Shown here: positions 33,898 to 42,748 of the stretch, piece after piece
Layout: each line of letters begins with the position of its first letter
Position numbering within the stretch: position 1 is the first letter of the stretch
Assembly (NCBI GenBank): GCA_017628755.1
Contig: JAGBYM010000025.1
Location: 1-57,440 of the forward strand
Direction: 5' to 3'
Source: Clostridia bacterium
GTDB lineage: Bacteria > Bacillota > Clostridia > Oscillospirales > CAG-272
DNA length: 57,440 bases
Notes under the pieces: generated by a model
What the model was told of the DNA's origin: nothing
The model's input: the letters and a program-made list of their open reading frames with translations, nothing else
The model's database searches: none
Program-made: the position numbers and the translations under genes

Positions 33898-35409
33898 ATG
33901 AAACTCAATTACAAACGCACGCTATTCGTCGGATTCGCATTCTTCCTCATCTGCGCTTTCTGGCAGGCTTACGACACCATCGTTCCGAAAATTCTTACCG
34001 ACCGCTTCGGTATGTCTCAGTTCTGGTCGGGCGCGATCATGGCGATCGATAACATTCTCGCGCTCTTTCTCCTCCCCCTCTTCGGCATCCTCTCGGACAG
34101 AACAAAATCCAAGCTCGGACGCCGCACACCCTTCATCATCGTCGGTACTTTGATCGCGGCAACCGCGCTCATCTCGCTCTCCTTCGTGGATTCGATGCAG
34201 CTTAACCGTCTCGGCAATATCGCTGACATCAATTCCGAGGAAGCACGCACCGTCCTTTACGATTACGACTACGGCGGACCCCTTGCAACCCCCGACGGCG
34301 AAGAATACGTTCTCGCTGAACTCGGACGCGAGGATTTCATCAAGATCCCCGCAACTCTTGAGGACGGCAAGGCAAATCCCGACTACACGAACTACGTTGT
34401 TCCCGCGCGTTCGGCTTATATCGCGCAGGAGATCGTCGGCAAGGATCCCTCCGCGCTGATAACCTTTATCGCGGTGCTCTTTGTCCTTCTGCTTTCAATG
34501 GCAACCTTCCGTACACCCGCAGTCGCGCTCATGCCCGACGTCACGCCGCGTCCGCTCCGTTCTAAAGCTAACGCCGTTATCAACCTCATGGGTACCATCG
34601 GCGGAAGCCTGATCCTCGGACTCGGTATGGTCCTTTCCACCGGCTCAACGAATAACACATATATGCCTTACACCGGCTATTTCTGCATCGTCGCGGGAAT
34701 AATGCTCGTCAGCCTTGTCGTCTTCATCGCAACCGTCCGCGAGCGCAAGTTCGTTGCCGAAATGGAAGAGGTCAGCCGCGAGCAAAATATCAAGGAGGGC
34801 AACGACGAGGACGAGGCTGCGGGAAGCCGCAAGCTTTCGGCATCCGAGAGAGTTTCTCTCATCCTCCTGCTTGCATCCGTTGTTCTCTGGTTCTTCGGCT
34901 ACAACGCCGTAACAAGCAAATACTCGGTCTACGCGGGACGCGTTCTCCAGCTTGACTACAACTCCACCCTTCTCGTTGCAAACATTGCCGCACTTATCGC
35001 ATACCTCCCTGTTGGTATGATCGCAACCAAGGTCGGAAGAAAGAAGACGATCCTTGCGGGCGTCGTTATGCTCAGCGGAGCATTCCTGACCGCATCCTTC
35101 CTCGACGCGGGTACTCCCCTGCCCGTTATGATGATCCTCTTTGCCATTGCAGGTATCGGATGGGCGACCATTAACGTCAACTCCTTCCCCATGGTCGTTG
35201 AGCTTGCGCGCGGCGGCAACGTCGGTAAGTACACCGGCTTCTACTACACCGCAAGTATGGCGGCGCAGACGATCACTCCCCTTGTATCCGGCTTTCTTAT
35301 GGACACCCTTGGCATGAAGACCCTCTTCCCCTACGCCGCGATTTTTGCCGCAGGCGCATTCATCACAATGCTCTTCGTTCGCCACGGAGACTCCAAACCC
35401 ACGAAATGA
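33898..35409 (+). CDS. MFS transporter (about 12 TM, with a large hydrophilic insertion after TM3)
   Basis: RBS AAAGGAG. The hydrophobicity pattern fits an MFS transporter. LSDRTKSKLGRRTPF loop motif. 503 aa. Confidence 0.75.
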   Translation: MKLNYKRTLFVGFAFFLICAFWQAYDTIVPKILTDRFGMSQFWSGAIMAIDNILALFLLPLFGILSDRTKSKLGRRTPFIIVGTLIAATALISLSFVDSMQLNRLGNIADINSEEARTVLYDYDYGGPLATPDGEEYVLAELGREDFIKIPATLEDGKANPDYTNYVVPARSAYIAQEIVGKDPSALITFIAVLFVLLLSMATFRTPAVALMPDVTPRPLRSKANAVINLMGTIGGSLILGLGMVLSTGSTNNTYMPYTGYFCIVAGIMLVSLVVFIATVRERKFVAEMEEVSREQNIKEGNDEDEAAGSRKLSASERVSLILLLASVVLWFFGYNAVTSKYSVYAGRVLQLDYNSTLLVANIAALIAYLPVGMIATKVGRKKTILAGVVMLSGAFLTASFLDAGTPLPVMMILFAIAGIGWATINVNSFPMVVELARGGNVGKYTGFYYTASMAAQTITPLVSGFLMDTLGMKTLFPYAAIFAAGAFITMLFVRHGDSKPTK

Positions 35410-35420
35410 GGTAAATTAAA

Positions 35421-36233
35421 ATGATCGCAGTTTATATTATTATTGCTCTTGTTGCGCTTTTCGCGCTCTACGTCTTCCTTCTCCGTCCCAGAACCGAGCA
35501 CAAAACCTCGGTTGAGCCGCTCAAGGTCGATTACGCACACCGCGGACTCCACGGCGACTTTGCTGTGGAAAACACTATGCAGGCGTTCTACGCCGCAGAG
35601 CGCGAAGGCTACGGCATCGAGCTTGACGTCCGCCTTTCCTCGGACAATCAGGTCGTAGTTTTCCACGATGACACCCTCCAGCGTCTCTGCGACCGCCCCG
35701 AGCGCGTCGATTCGAAGACCGCATCCGAGCTTTCCTGGGTCGATATCAAGGGCACCTACGAGAAGATCCCGCTCTTTGAGGACGTTCTCGCTACCATCGA
35801 CCCCACCACTCCCCTCTGCATCGAGCTCAAGGGCAGTGACACACGCCTTTGCGCAGAAGTTGCCAAACTTCTCGACAAGGAAGACAGATACTATTCGGTC
35901 AAGGCGTTCAATCCCTTCCTCATCAGCTGGTACAAAAAGAACCGCCCGAGAGTAGTGCGCGGTGTGCTTGTTTCCAACTTCCTCGCAAAGGGTCACAAGG
36001 GCAACATATTCACCCGCTTACTCGCAACCACTATGGTGCTCAACTGCATCGCACAGCCCGACTACATCTCCTACGACTGCAAGCACCCGAATCTCCTTCC
36101 CCTTGTAATCTGCAAGAAGCTTTATAACGTTCTGACCTTCACATGGACGGTCAACACTCCCGAGCTTTACGGCGAGGCAAAGGCACGCGGCGACATCGCG
36201 GTCTTTGAAGGCTTCGAGCCCAAGAGATATTGA
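35421..36233 (+). CDS. Glycerophosphodiester phosphodiesterase family protein with N-terminal TM anchor
   Basis: YAHRGLH, ENTMQAF, GIELDVRLSSDNQVVVFHDDTL. 270 aa. Confidence 0.85.
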   Translation: MIAVYIIIALVALFALYVFLLRPRTEHKTSVEPLKVDYAHRGLHGDFAVENTMQAFYAAEREGYGIELDVRLSSDNQVVVFHDDTLQRLCDRPERVDSKTASELSWVDIKGTYEKIPLFEDVLATIDPTTPLCIELKGSDTRLCAEVAKLLDKEDRYYSVKAFNPFLISWYKKNRPRVVRGVLVSNFLAKGHKGNIFTRLLATTMVLNCIAQPDYISYDCKHPNLLPLVICKKLYNVLTFTWTVNTPELYGEAKARGDIAVFEGFEPKRY

Positions 36234-36234
36234 T

Positions 36235-37086
36235 ATGCGCGACAATTACGACGTTCTCAAAACCGAGGGCAGAAACCCTCGGACAATGAACATTGACAAG
36301 CTTTCCTCGCTCGAAATGGTTCGCCTCATCAATCAAGAGAACCGCGCCGTTGAGGATGCCATCGACGAAGCACTCCCCGAGATCGCGGCGGCTGTCGATA
36401 TGATAAGCGAAGCCATTGAAAACGGCAAGAACGTGATCTACGTCGGCTGCGGCACCTCGGGCAGACTCGGAATCGTTGACGCATCCGAATGCCCGCCCAC
36501 CTTCGGCGTCGGCTACGAGCTTTTCCGCGGAGTCATCGCGGGCGGTAACGAAGCCGTTTTCCGCGCGACTGAGAACGCCGAGGACAGCGAAGAAAAGGGC
36601 ATGACCGCCATCGAAGCAGACGGCGCAAAGGACGGCGACGTTGTTGTCGGACTTTCGGCATCGGGACGCGCACCCTTCGTAATCGGTGCGCTCAAAAAGG
36701 CACGCGAACGCGGATGCAAGACGGTCTCCGTCACCTGCAACCCCGGCTCACTTATGGAAAATCATTGCGACGTTGCCGTCTCGGTCTACGTCGGCCCCGA
36801 AGTCCTTTCGGGCTCGACCAGACTCAAAGCCGGCACGGCGCAAAAGCTGATACTTAATATGTTCTCCACCTGCGCGATGATCAAGACGGGCAAGGTGCGC
36901 TCGAACCTCATGGTCAACGTCCGCCCGACAAACGAAAAGCTCGTCGAACGCGCAACAAGAATCATAATGCAACTTTCCGACGCGGACTATGAGACCGCAT
37001 CACGCCTGCTCGAAACCTACGGCGATGTGCCCGCAGCGCTGGATGCTTACGAGATTGCAAAGTGCAAAATGCAGAGTGCAGAGTGA
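36235..37086 (+). CDS. murQ: N-acetylmuramic acid 6-phosphate etherase
   Basis: Start set to the ATG at 36235, 1 nt after the upstream TGA. TEGRNPRTMNIDKLSSLEMVRLIN. SIS motif GCGTSGRLGIVDASECPPTFG. Confidence 0.9.
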   Translation: MRDNYDVLKTEGRNPRTMNIDKLSSLEMVRLINQENRAVEDAIDEALPEIAAAVDMISEAIENGKNVIYVGCGTSGRLGIVDASECPPTFGVGYELFRGVIAGGNEAVFRATENAEDSEEKGMTAIEADGAKDGDVVVGLSASGRAPFVIGALKKARERGCKTVSVTCNPGSLMENHCDVAVSVYVGPEVLSGSTRLKAGTAQKLILNMFSTCAMIKTGKVRSNLMVNVRPTNEKLVERATRIIMQLSDADYETASRLLETYGDVPAALDAYEIAKCKMQSAE

Positions 37087-37129
37087 AGGTAAATTTCAAT
37101 TAAAATTTTAAGCTAATTATTTTTTAATA

Positions 37130-38464
37130 ATGAAAACAAAATTCCAAGAACAAATCGAAGAAGTAACCCGTTCCTCCATCCCCATGCACATGCCGGGGCA
37201 CAAGAGAAATGTGGCGATGCTCGGGGATGATCTTCCCTACTCCGTTGACGTCACCGAGATCGACGGCGCGGACGATCTGCACGATCCCGAAGCAGACGGC
37301 ATAATTGGTTCACTTTGCGAAAAATACTCCTCGCTTTACGGTGCGAGATCGGCTCGTCCTCTCATCAACGGTTCGACCTGCGGAATCCTTGCCGGCATAC
37401 GCACGCTGACAAGCCCCGGCGATTCCGTTATCGTCGCGCGCAACTGTCACAAATCGGTCTGGCACGCGATCGAGATCTGCCGCCTGAATCCGACCTGCAT
37501 TCTCCCGCCCATCACCCCGGAGCACGGTATCTGCGACGCGATCACAGCGGAAGCCATAGAGGAAGCATTCGAGCGATCAAGCGGTGCGACCTGCGTGATC
37601 CTCACCTCACCCACCTACGAGGGCGTGATCTCGGATATCGACGCGATCTCGTCGGTCTGCAAAAAGCACGGCGCGGCGCTGTTCGTTGATGCCGCTCACG
37701 GCGCACACCTCGGTTTTTCAAATCTCTTTCCCGATTTCCCTCGAGGCGCGGATATCGCCGTCACAAGCCTCCACAAGACGCTTCCCGCACTCACGCAGAC
37801 GGCTCTCGGCCTCGTTTTCAATGAGAAATATTCCTCCCGCTTCGCTCGCAATCTCGGCATTTTCGAAACGAGCAGTCCTTCCTATATATTAATGAACTCG
37901 ATCGCCAAATGCGCAGATATTTTGGCTGACGGCAACGCTCTTTTCGATAATTACCGTACCATCCTCGATGAATTTTACGCATCGACCAACCCTTCAAAGC
38001 TAAATCTCATCAAAACCGACGATATCGGCAAGATATCGATCTCAACGAGAAACACGACCTTCACGGGCTCCTCTCTTGCCGACGCCTTGCGCTCGCGTTT
38101 CTCTATCGAGCCCGAAATGGTGCACTCGGATTATCTGCTCTGCATGACCTCGGTTTGCGACACGCGCGAGACTCTCTCGGCTTTGTCGAAAGCAATAATG
38201 TCGCTTGACGAAGAAGCGGAATATTCGGATAAAAAGTCTATTCCCTCGTTTATCACAGAATTGCCGCCCGCTGAGATACCCCTCCATGATGCGGTATGGC
38301 TCGACCTTGAAGGCAGAGAAGATATTTCGGACGCCTACGTTTGGGTCTATCCCCCCGGAATCCCGATACTTCTGCCCGGCGAAAAGGTCACCGAGGAGAT
38401 AAAAAATCACCTCGAAATGCTGAAAAATTCGGGGATTTCGCCAAAAATCATCAAAACCTCTTGA
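37130..38464 (+). CDS. Orn/Lys/Arg decarboxylase-family PLP enzyme (YaaO-like)
   Basis: MHMPGHKRN near the N-terminus. PLP-lysine region VTSLHKTLPALTQ. 444 aa. Confidence 0.8.
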   Translation: MKTKFQEQIEEVTRSSIPMHMPGHKRNVAMLGDDLPYSVDVTEIDGADDLHDPEADGIIGSLCEKYSSLYGARSARPLINGSTCGILAGIRTLTSPGDSVIVARNCHKSVWHAIEICRLNPTCILPPITPEHGICDAITAEAIEEAFERSSGATCVILTSPTYEGVISDIDAISSVCKKHGAALFVDAAHGAHLGFSNLFPDFPRGADIAVTSLHKTLPALTQTALGLVFNEKYSSRFARNLGIFETSSPSYILMNSIAKCADILADGNALFDNYRTILDEFYASTNPSKLNLIKTDDIGKISISTRNTTFTGSSLADALRSRFSIEPEMVHSDYLLCMTSVCDTRETLSALSKAIMSLDEEAEYSDKKSIPSFITELPPAEIPLHDAVWLDLEGREDISDAYVWVYPPGIPILLPGEKVTEEIKNHLEMLKNSGISPKIIKTS

Positions 38465-38530
38465 CAAATCGCCAAAAATCATATATACTATATGGTGAAT
38501 TAAATTATATCTGAAAGGTGGAATTTTACA

Positions 38531-38677
38531 ATGAAGAGAATTCGTACTATCAATACCCGTGACCTCAAGGCTTCCGTTAAGAACGGCGGATGCGGCGAGT
38601 GCCAGACTTCCTGCCAGTCCGCTTGCAAGACCTCTTGCGGCGTTGCTAACCAGGCTTGTGAGAAGAAGAGCAAGTAA
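38531..38677 (+). CDS. scfA: Six-cysteine ranthipeptide precursor SCIFF (48 aa; below the size cutoff of the ORF track)
   Basis: RBS AAAGGTGG. Translation MKRIRTINTRDLKASVKNGGCGECQTSCQSACKTSCGVANQACEKKSK. Six Cys after a GG motif. A SPASM radical SAM maturase gene lies immediately downstream. Confidence 0.9.
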   Translation: MKRIRTINTRDLKASVKNGGCGECQTSCQSACKTSCGVANQACEKKSK

Positions 38678-38682
38678 TTGAT

Positions 38683-38712
38683 AAAAGCCGCCGCGAATGC
38701 GGCGGCTTTTAT
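38683..38712 (+). terminator. Strong intrinsic terminator/attenuator between precursor and maturase
   Basis: AAAAGCCGCCGC-GAAT-GCGGCGGCTTTT, a 12-bp stem. Confidence 0.8.
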
Positions 38713-38726
38713 TCGATATTACTGCA

Positions 38727-38842
38727 ATCGGGCTTCGCCCGAATGGTTATTGGCTTCGCCAAATGATTATCGGCAAAGCCGAATGATGATTCGCCCAAGG
38801 GGCGAAATGAAGGAAATTTTTCGCCACTTGGCGAAAAATCAT
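38727..38842 (+). repeat. Mini-hairpin array, copy D
   Basis: ATCGGGC-TTC-GCCCGAT-like, TGGC-TTC-GCCA, CGGC-AAA-GCCG and TCGCCC-AA-GGGGCGA units with AATG(G/A)TTAT / AATGATGAT spacers. Then AAATGAAGGAAATTTTTCGCC-ACTT-GGCGAAAAAT. Confidence 0.8.
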
Positions 38843-38861
38843 AAATATAATTGAGGTAAAA

Positions 38862-40244
38862 ATGATCCATTCCTATAAACTCAACGGTTACAATATCGTT
38901 CTTGACGTCGGATCGGGCGCGGTTCACGCGGTCGATGATCTCGCATACGACATCATAAATCTCTACGAAACCAAGTCGGCAGACGAAATTGTTTCGATCT
39001 GCCTTGAAAAGTTCGCCTCCGAGGGTATCACTGAGGGCGATATCCGCGACACGATCTCGGACGTCGAGGAGCTCAAAGAGAGTGGCAAGCTCTACGCGGA
39101 GGACATCTACGCTCCCCTCGTTGGCAAGCTCAAGAACAATTCAAACACCGTCAAGGCTCTCTGCCTGCACGTCGCGCACACCTGCAACCTCAACTGCGAA
39201 TACTGCTTCGCGGCTCAGGGACGCTTCCACGGCGAACGCGCCCTTATGTCCTTTGAGGTCGGAAAACGCGCGCTCGATTTCCTTGTTGAAAATTCAGGAA
39301 CACGCCACAATCTCGAGGTCGACTTCTTCGGCGGCGAGCCGCTTATGAACTGGCAGGTCGTCAAGGATCTCGTTGCATACGCGCGCTCGATCGAGGAAGC
39401 CGCGGGCAAGCATTTCCGCTTTACGCTGACCACCAACGGTGTTCTCGTTGACGATGACGTCATCGAGTTTGCCAACCGCGAGATGGACAACGTAGTTCTC
39501 TCCCTCGACGGCAGACGCCACGTACACGACAACCTCCGCAAGACCGTGAACGGTCAGGGCTCTTACGACCTGATCCTTCCCAAGTTCAAGGAGTTCGTAA
39601 ACCGCCGCGGCGACAAGGGTTACTACATGCGCGGCACGTTCACCAAGTTCAACACAGATTTCTGCACCGATATCATACATATGGCTGACGAGGGCTTCAC
39701 CGAGCTTTCGATGGAACCCGTCGTATGTCCTCCCGGCGACCCCTACGCGCTCGGCGAAGAGGATCTGCCCGTACTTTACGAGCAGTACGAGAAGCTCGCG
39801 CTCGAGATGATCGACCGCAAGAAGCGCGGCAAGCCGATCACATTCTATCACTACATGCTCGACCTTGAGGGCGGCCCCTGCATCTACAAGAGAATTTCAG
39901 GCTGCGGTTCGGGAACCGAGTACATGGCTGTCACCCCCTGGGGCGACCTCTACCCCTGCCATCAGTTCGTCGGCGACGAGAAATATCTGCTCGGCAACAT
40001 TTTTGACGGTGTAAAGAACGAAGCGATCCGCGATGAATTCCGCTCCTGCTCGGCATATTCCCGTGAGGAATGCCGCGATTGCTGGGCAAGACTCTACTGC
40101 TCGGGCGGCTGCGCCGCAAACTCCTACCACGCAACAGGAAGCGTAAACGGCGTTTACGAATACGGCTGTAAGCTCTTCAAGAAGCGTATCGAGTGCGCGA
40201 TCATGCTGAAGGTAGCCGAGTCGCTTGAGAGCGAAGAAGAATAA
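38862..40244 (+). CDS. scfB: Radical SAM/SPASM thioether-forming SCIFF maturase
   Basis: CNLNCEYC radical SAM motif. C-terminal SPASM Cys clusters (CGSGTEY...C...CRDCWARLYCSGGCAANSY). 460 aa. Adjacent to the SCIFF precursor. Confidence 0.9.
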   Translation: MIHSYKLNGYNIVLDVGSGAVHAVDDLAYDIINLYETKSADEIVSICLEKFASEGITEGDIRDTISDVEELKESGKLYAEDIYAPLVGKLKNNSNTVKALCLHVAHTCNLNCEYCFAAQGRFHGERALMSFEVGKRALDFLVENSGTRHNLEVDFFGGEPLMNWQVVKDLVAYARSIEEAAGKHFRFTLTTNGVLVDDDVIEFANREMDNVVLSLDGRRHVHDNLRKTVNGQGSYDLILPKFKEFVNRRGDKGYYMRGTFTKFNTDFCTDIIHMADEGFTELSMEPVVCPPGDPYALGEEDLPVLYEQYEKLALEMIDRKKRGKPITFYHYMLDLEGGPCIYKRISGCGSGTEYMAVTPWGDLYPCHQFVGDEKYLLGNIFDGVKNEAIRDEFRSCSAYSREECRDCWARLYCSGGCAANSYHATGSVNGVYEYGCKLFKKRIECAIMLKVAESLESEEE

Positions 40245-40270
40245 TAAATTGCCAGTTACTAATTGAAGGT

Positions 40271-40300
40271 AAAATTCCGCCCACACGGGCGGAATTTTTC
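40271..40300 (+). terminator. Rho-independent terminator preceded by the TTGAAGGTAAAATT motif
   Basis: AAAATTCCGCCC-ACAC-GGGCGGAATTTTT. Confidence 0.85.
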
Positions 40301-40319
40301 GTTTTAAAGAAAAAATTGC

Positions 40320-40348
40320 TTGACATCCCCTCTTCCGCGTGATAAAAT
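40320..40348 (+). promoter_or_regulatory. Sigma-70-type promoter of the 40382-45790 operon
   Basis: TTGACA (40320-40325), 17-nt spacer, TAAAAT (40343-40348). Confidence 0.6.
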
Positions 40349-40381
40349 TATCTTAACCAAACTTCATCATTGGAGGTCTTC

Positions 40382-41407
40382 ATGGAAAATAAAGTTCGTT
40401 TTGCCGTCATAGGTACTGAGGGCATTGGGCGCAGTCATATTGAAGGTATTCTCAGAAACGAAAATGCCTCGCTCGCCGCGATTTGCGACGTTGACGAGCC
40501 CGCAGTCCGTGCGCGTGCCGAAAGTCTCGGTCTCCCGACCTATTACACCGATTACAAGGATATGCTCCGCGCAGGAGGTTTTGACTGCGTTGTAATCTGC
40601 ACTCCCGACTCCTTCCACAAAGACCAGTGCGTCGATTCGCTGAATGCGGGCTGTCACGTTATCTGCGAAAAGCCTCTCGCTATGCGCATCGACGAATGCG
40701 AGGCGATCATTGCCGCAGCACGCGCCTCGGGCAAGCACTTCATGGTCGGTCAGGTCTGCCGCAAGACTCCCGCCTTTGCGCTGATGAAGGCGATGGTCGA
40801 CCGCGGCGACATCGGCGAGCTCTTTTACGTCGAATCCGAATACGCGCACGACTACTCTATCCTTGGACGAGGGGAGTGGCGCAAGGATCCCTCATACATC
40901 CGCCATCCCGTTGTCGGCGGCGGATGCCACGCTATGGACCTTCTCCGTTGGATCGCGGGCGATCCTACCGAGGTCTTCGCCTACGCAAATCACAAGATGC
41001 TCCCCGACTGGCCAATTGACGACTGCACGATATCGGTGCTCAAATACCCGAACGGCGTTATCGGCAAGGTTTTGACCTCGATCGGCTGCAAGCGTCCATA
41101 CACGATGCGCACGCAGCTTTTCGGATCGAAGGGCACTATCCTCGGCGACAACAAGTCTCCCTATATCACGCTTTTCACGCCCTGTATCAACGAAAAGGGT
41201 AAGCACAGCTTCAAGGAAGAGCAGATACCGATCGACATCAACCATCACAATATGGCAGCAGAGATCTCGGATATGTGCGATATAATTCTCGGCAAAATGC
41301 CGCTTGAAATCGACGTCATCGAGGGTGCGAACACGGTTGCTGTCTGCCTTGCGGCTGTTGAATCCGCGGAGTGCGGTCTGCCCGTCAAGCCACACTATTT
41401 CGGCTAA
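40382..41407 (+). CDS. Gfo/Idh/MocA-family oxidoreductase
   Basis: The ATG at 40382 follows GGAGG; the track's TTG at 40370 contains that RBS. VRFAVIGTEGIGRSH Rossmann motif and the EKP motif CEKPLA. Confidence 0.8.
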   Translation: MENKVRFAVIGTEGIGRSHIEGILRNENASLAAICDVDEPAVRARAESLGLPTYYTDYKDMLRAGGFDCVVICTPDSFHKDQCVDSLNAGCHVICEKPLAMRIDECEAIIAAARASGKHFMVGQVCRKTPAFALMKAMVDRGDIGELFYVESEYAHDYSILGRGEWRKDPSYIRHPVVGGGCHAMDLLRWIAGDPTEVFAYANHKMLPDWPIDDCTISVLKYPNGVIGKVLTSIGCKRPYTMRTQLFGSKGTILGDNKSPYITLFTPCINEKGKHSFKEEQIPIDINHHNMAAEISDMCDIILGKMPLEIDVIEGANTVAVCLAAVESAECGLPVKPHYFG

Positions 41408-41422
41408 AGGAAGGTAAAAATC

Positions 41423-42748
41423 ATGTTAAAAGTAGGTTTTTCCGAATTTGATATAACCCCAGCTGTCGGCAAGCTGATTCCCGGCGGCTTTGAGCCCTGC
41501 CACACGAGCGAGCCCGCGCGCGGCAAGCTTCTTGCCACCGCCGCAGCTTTTGATCTTAACGGCAATTCGCTCATTCTTGTTTCCGTTGATCATCTTTCCT
41601 TCCATACAAACACCGCCGATCGCATCCGCCGTCGCATTTCGGATGCCACAGGAGTTCCCTTCGACCGCATCCTCGTTGCCGCAACTCACACGCACACGGG
41701 CGGTCAGACAGATTATCAGCTCTGGCTCTGTCCACCCGACCTCGAAATCGCGTCTATGACCGAAGAGGGCGCGGTAACCGCGGGAATTTCGGCTTTCGGG
41801 AACCTCTCTGAAGCCGCTATCGGCATCGGCGCGGGCGAAGAAAATCGCTACAGCTTCTGCCGCGACATCTACATGACAGACGGCTCGATCAAGATGAACC
41901 CCAACCGCGCGCATCCCGAGCTCATGATCGAGCCGGTTGACACGCCCGACTACGCGGTCAACGTCATGCGCATCGACTCCGCCGAGGGCGAGGTACGCGG
42001 TTTCATTGTCAACTACGCCAACCACCCCGATTGCCACGCAAAAAATAAGAAAAGCTTCAGCGCGGACTTCCCCGGTGCTCTTCGCCGAGGTCTCAAGCGT
42101 GTTTACGGCGAGGATATCTTCGTCCTCTTCTTCAACGGCACCGCGGGCGACATCAACTGCATTGACTGGATGCGTTCGACCTCGGATTCCTACTACGGCG
42201 GAACCAAAAACGCTCCCGAGGCGATCGGAGCGGGTCTGACCTCGACTGTCGTTGAGATCAATGCGAACATTAAAGCTACCGAATCCGCTCCCGAAATCAC
42301 AGCAATTTCGAAGAATATTACTCTCGCACGCCGTTACAAGACAGATGCAGACCTTAAGTGGGCACAGGAGATCGCGAAGGATATGGCATCTCACAACGCG
42401 AAGGACCGCGCCTTTGCCACCGAATATCTTGAGGATGACAGCGACGTCAGCCCCGAGATCGAATTTGAGATCCACACCGTTCGCCTCGGTGACTGGGCGA
42501 TCGTCGGTCTGCCCTCCGAGATCTTCACCGACATCGGACGCCGAATTAAGACTGCTTCTCCCTTTAAAAACACACTCATTTTCGAGCTTGCCAACGGCAC
42601 GCACGGATATATTTCGACCAAGACCCTTCACGAAAGCACGGCATACGAATCAACCGTCAGCAAGGTCAACGCCTGCACAGCGAAGGACAGCGCGGACCGC
42701 ATCGTCGCCGCCGCGCTCAGACAGCTCGAGGAACTGAAAAATGTATAA
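41423..42748 (+). CDS. Neutral/alkaline ceramidase N-terminal-domain-like hydrolase (tentative), no signal peptide
   Basis: MLKVGFSEFDITP...GKLLATAAAFDLNGNSLILVSVD and ATHTHTGG resemble the non-lysosomal ceramidase-like family layout. 441 aa. Confidence 0.4.
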   Translation: MLKVGFSEFDITPAVGKLIPGGFEPCHTSEPARGKLLATAAAFDLNGNSLILVSVDHLSFHTNTADRIRRRISDATGVPFDRILVAATHTHTGGQTDYQLWLCPPDLEIASMTEEGAVTAGISAFGNLSEAAIGIGAGEENRYSFCRDIYMTDGSIKMNPNRAHPELMIEPVDTPDYAVNVMRIDSAEGEVRGFIVNYANHPDCHAKNKKSFSADFPGALRRGLKRVYGEDIFVLFFNGTAGDINCIDWMRSTSDSYYGGTKNAPEAIGAGLTSTVVEINANIKATESAPEITAISKNITLARRYKTDADLKWAQEIAKDMASHNAKDRAFATEYLEDDSDVSPEIEFEIHTVRLGDWAIVGLPSEIFTDIGRRIKTASPFKNTLIFELANGTHGYISTKTLHESTAYESTVSKVNACTAKDSADRIVAAALRQLEELKNV

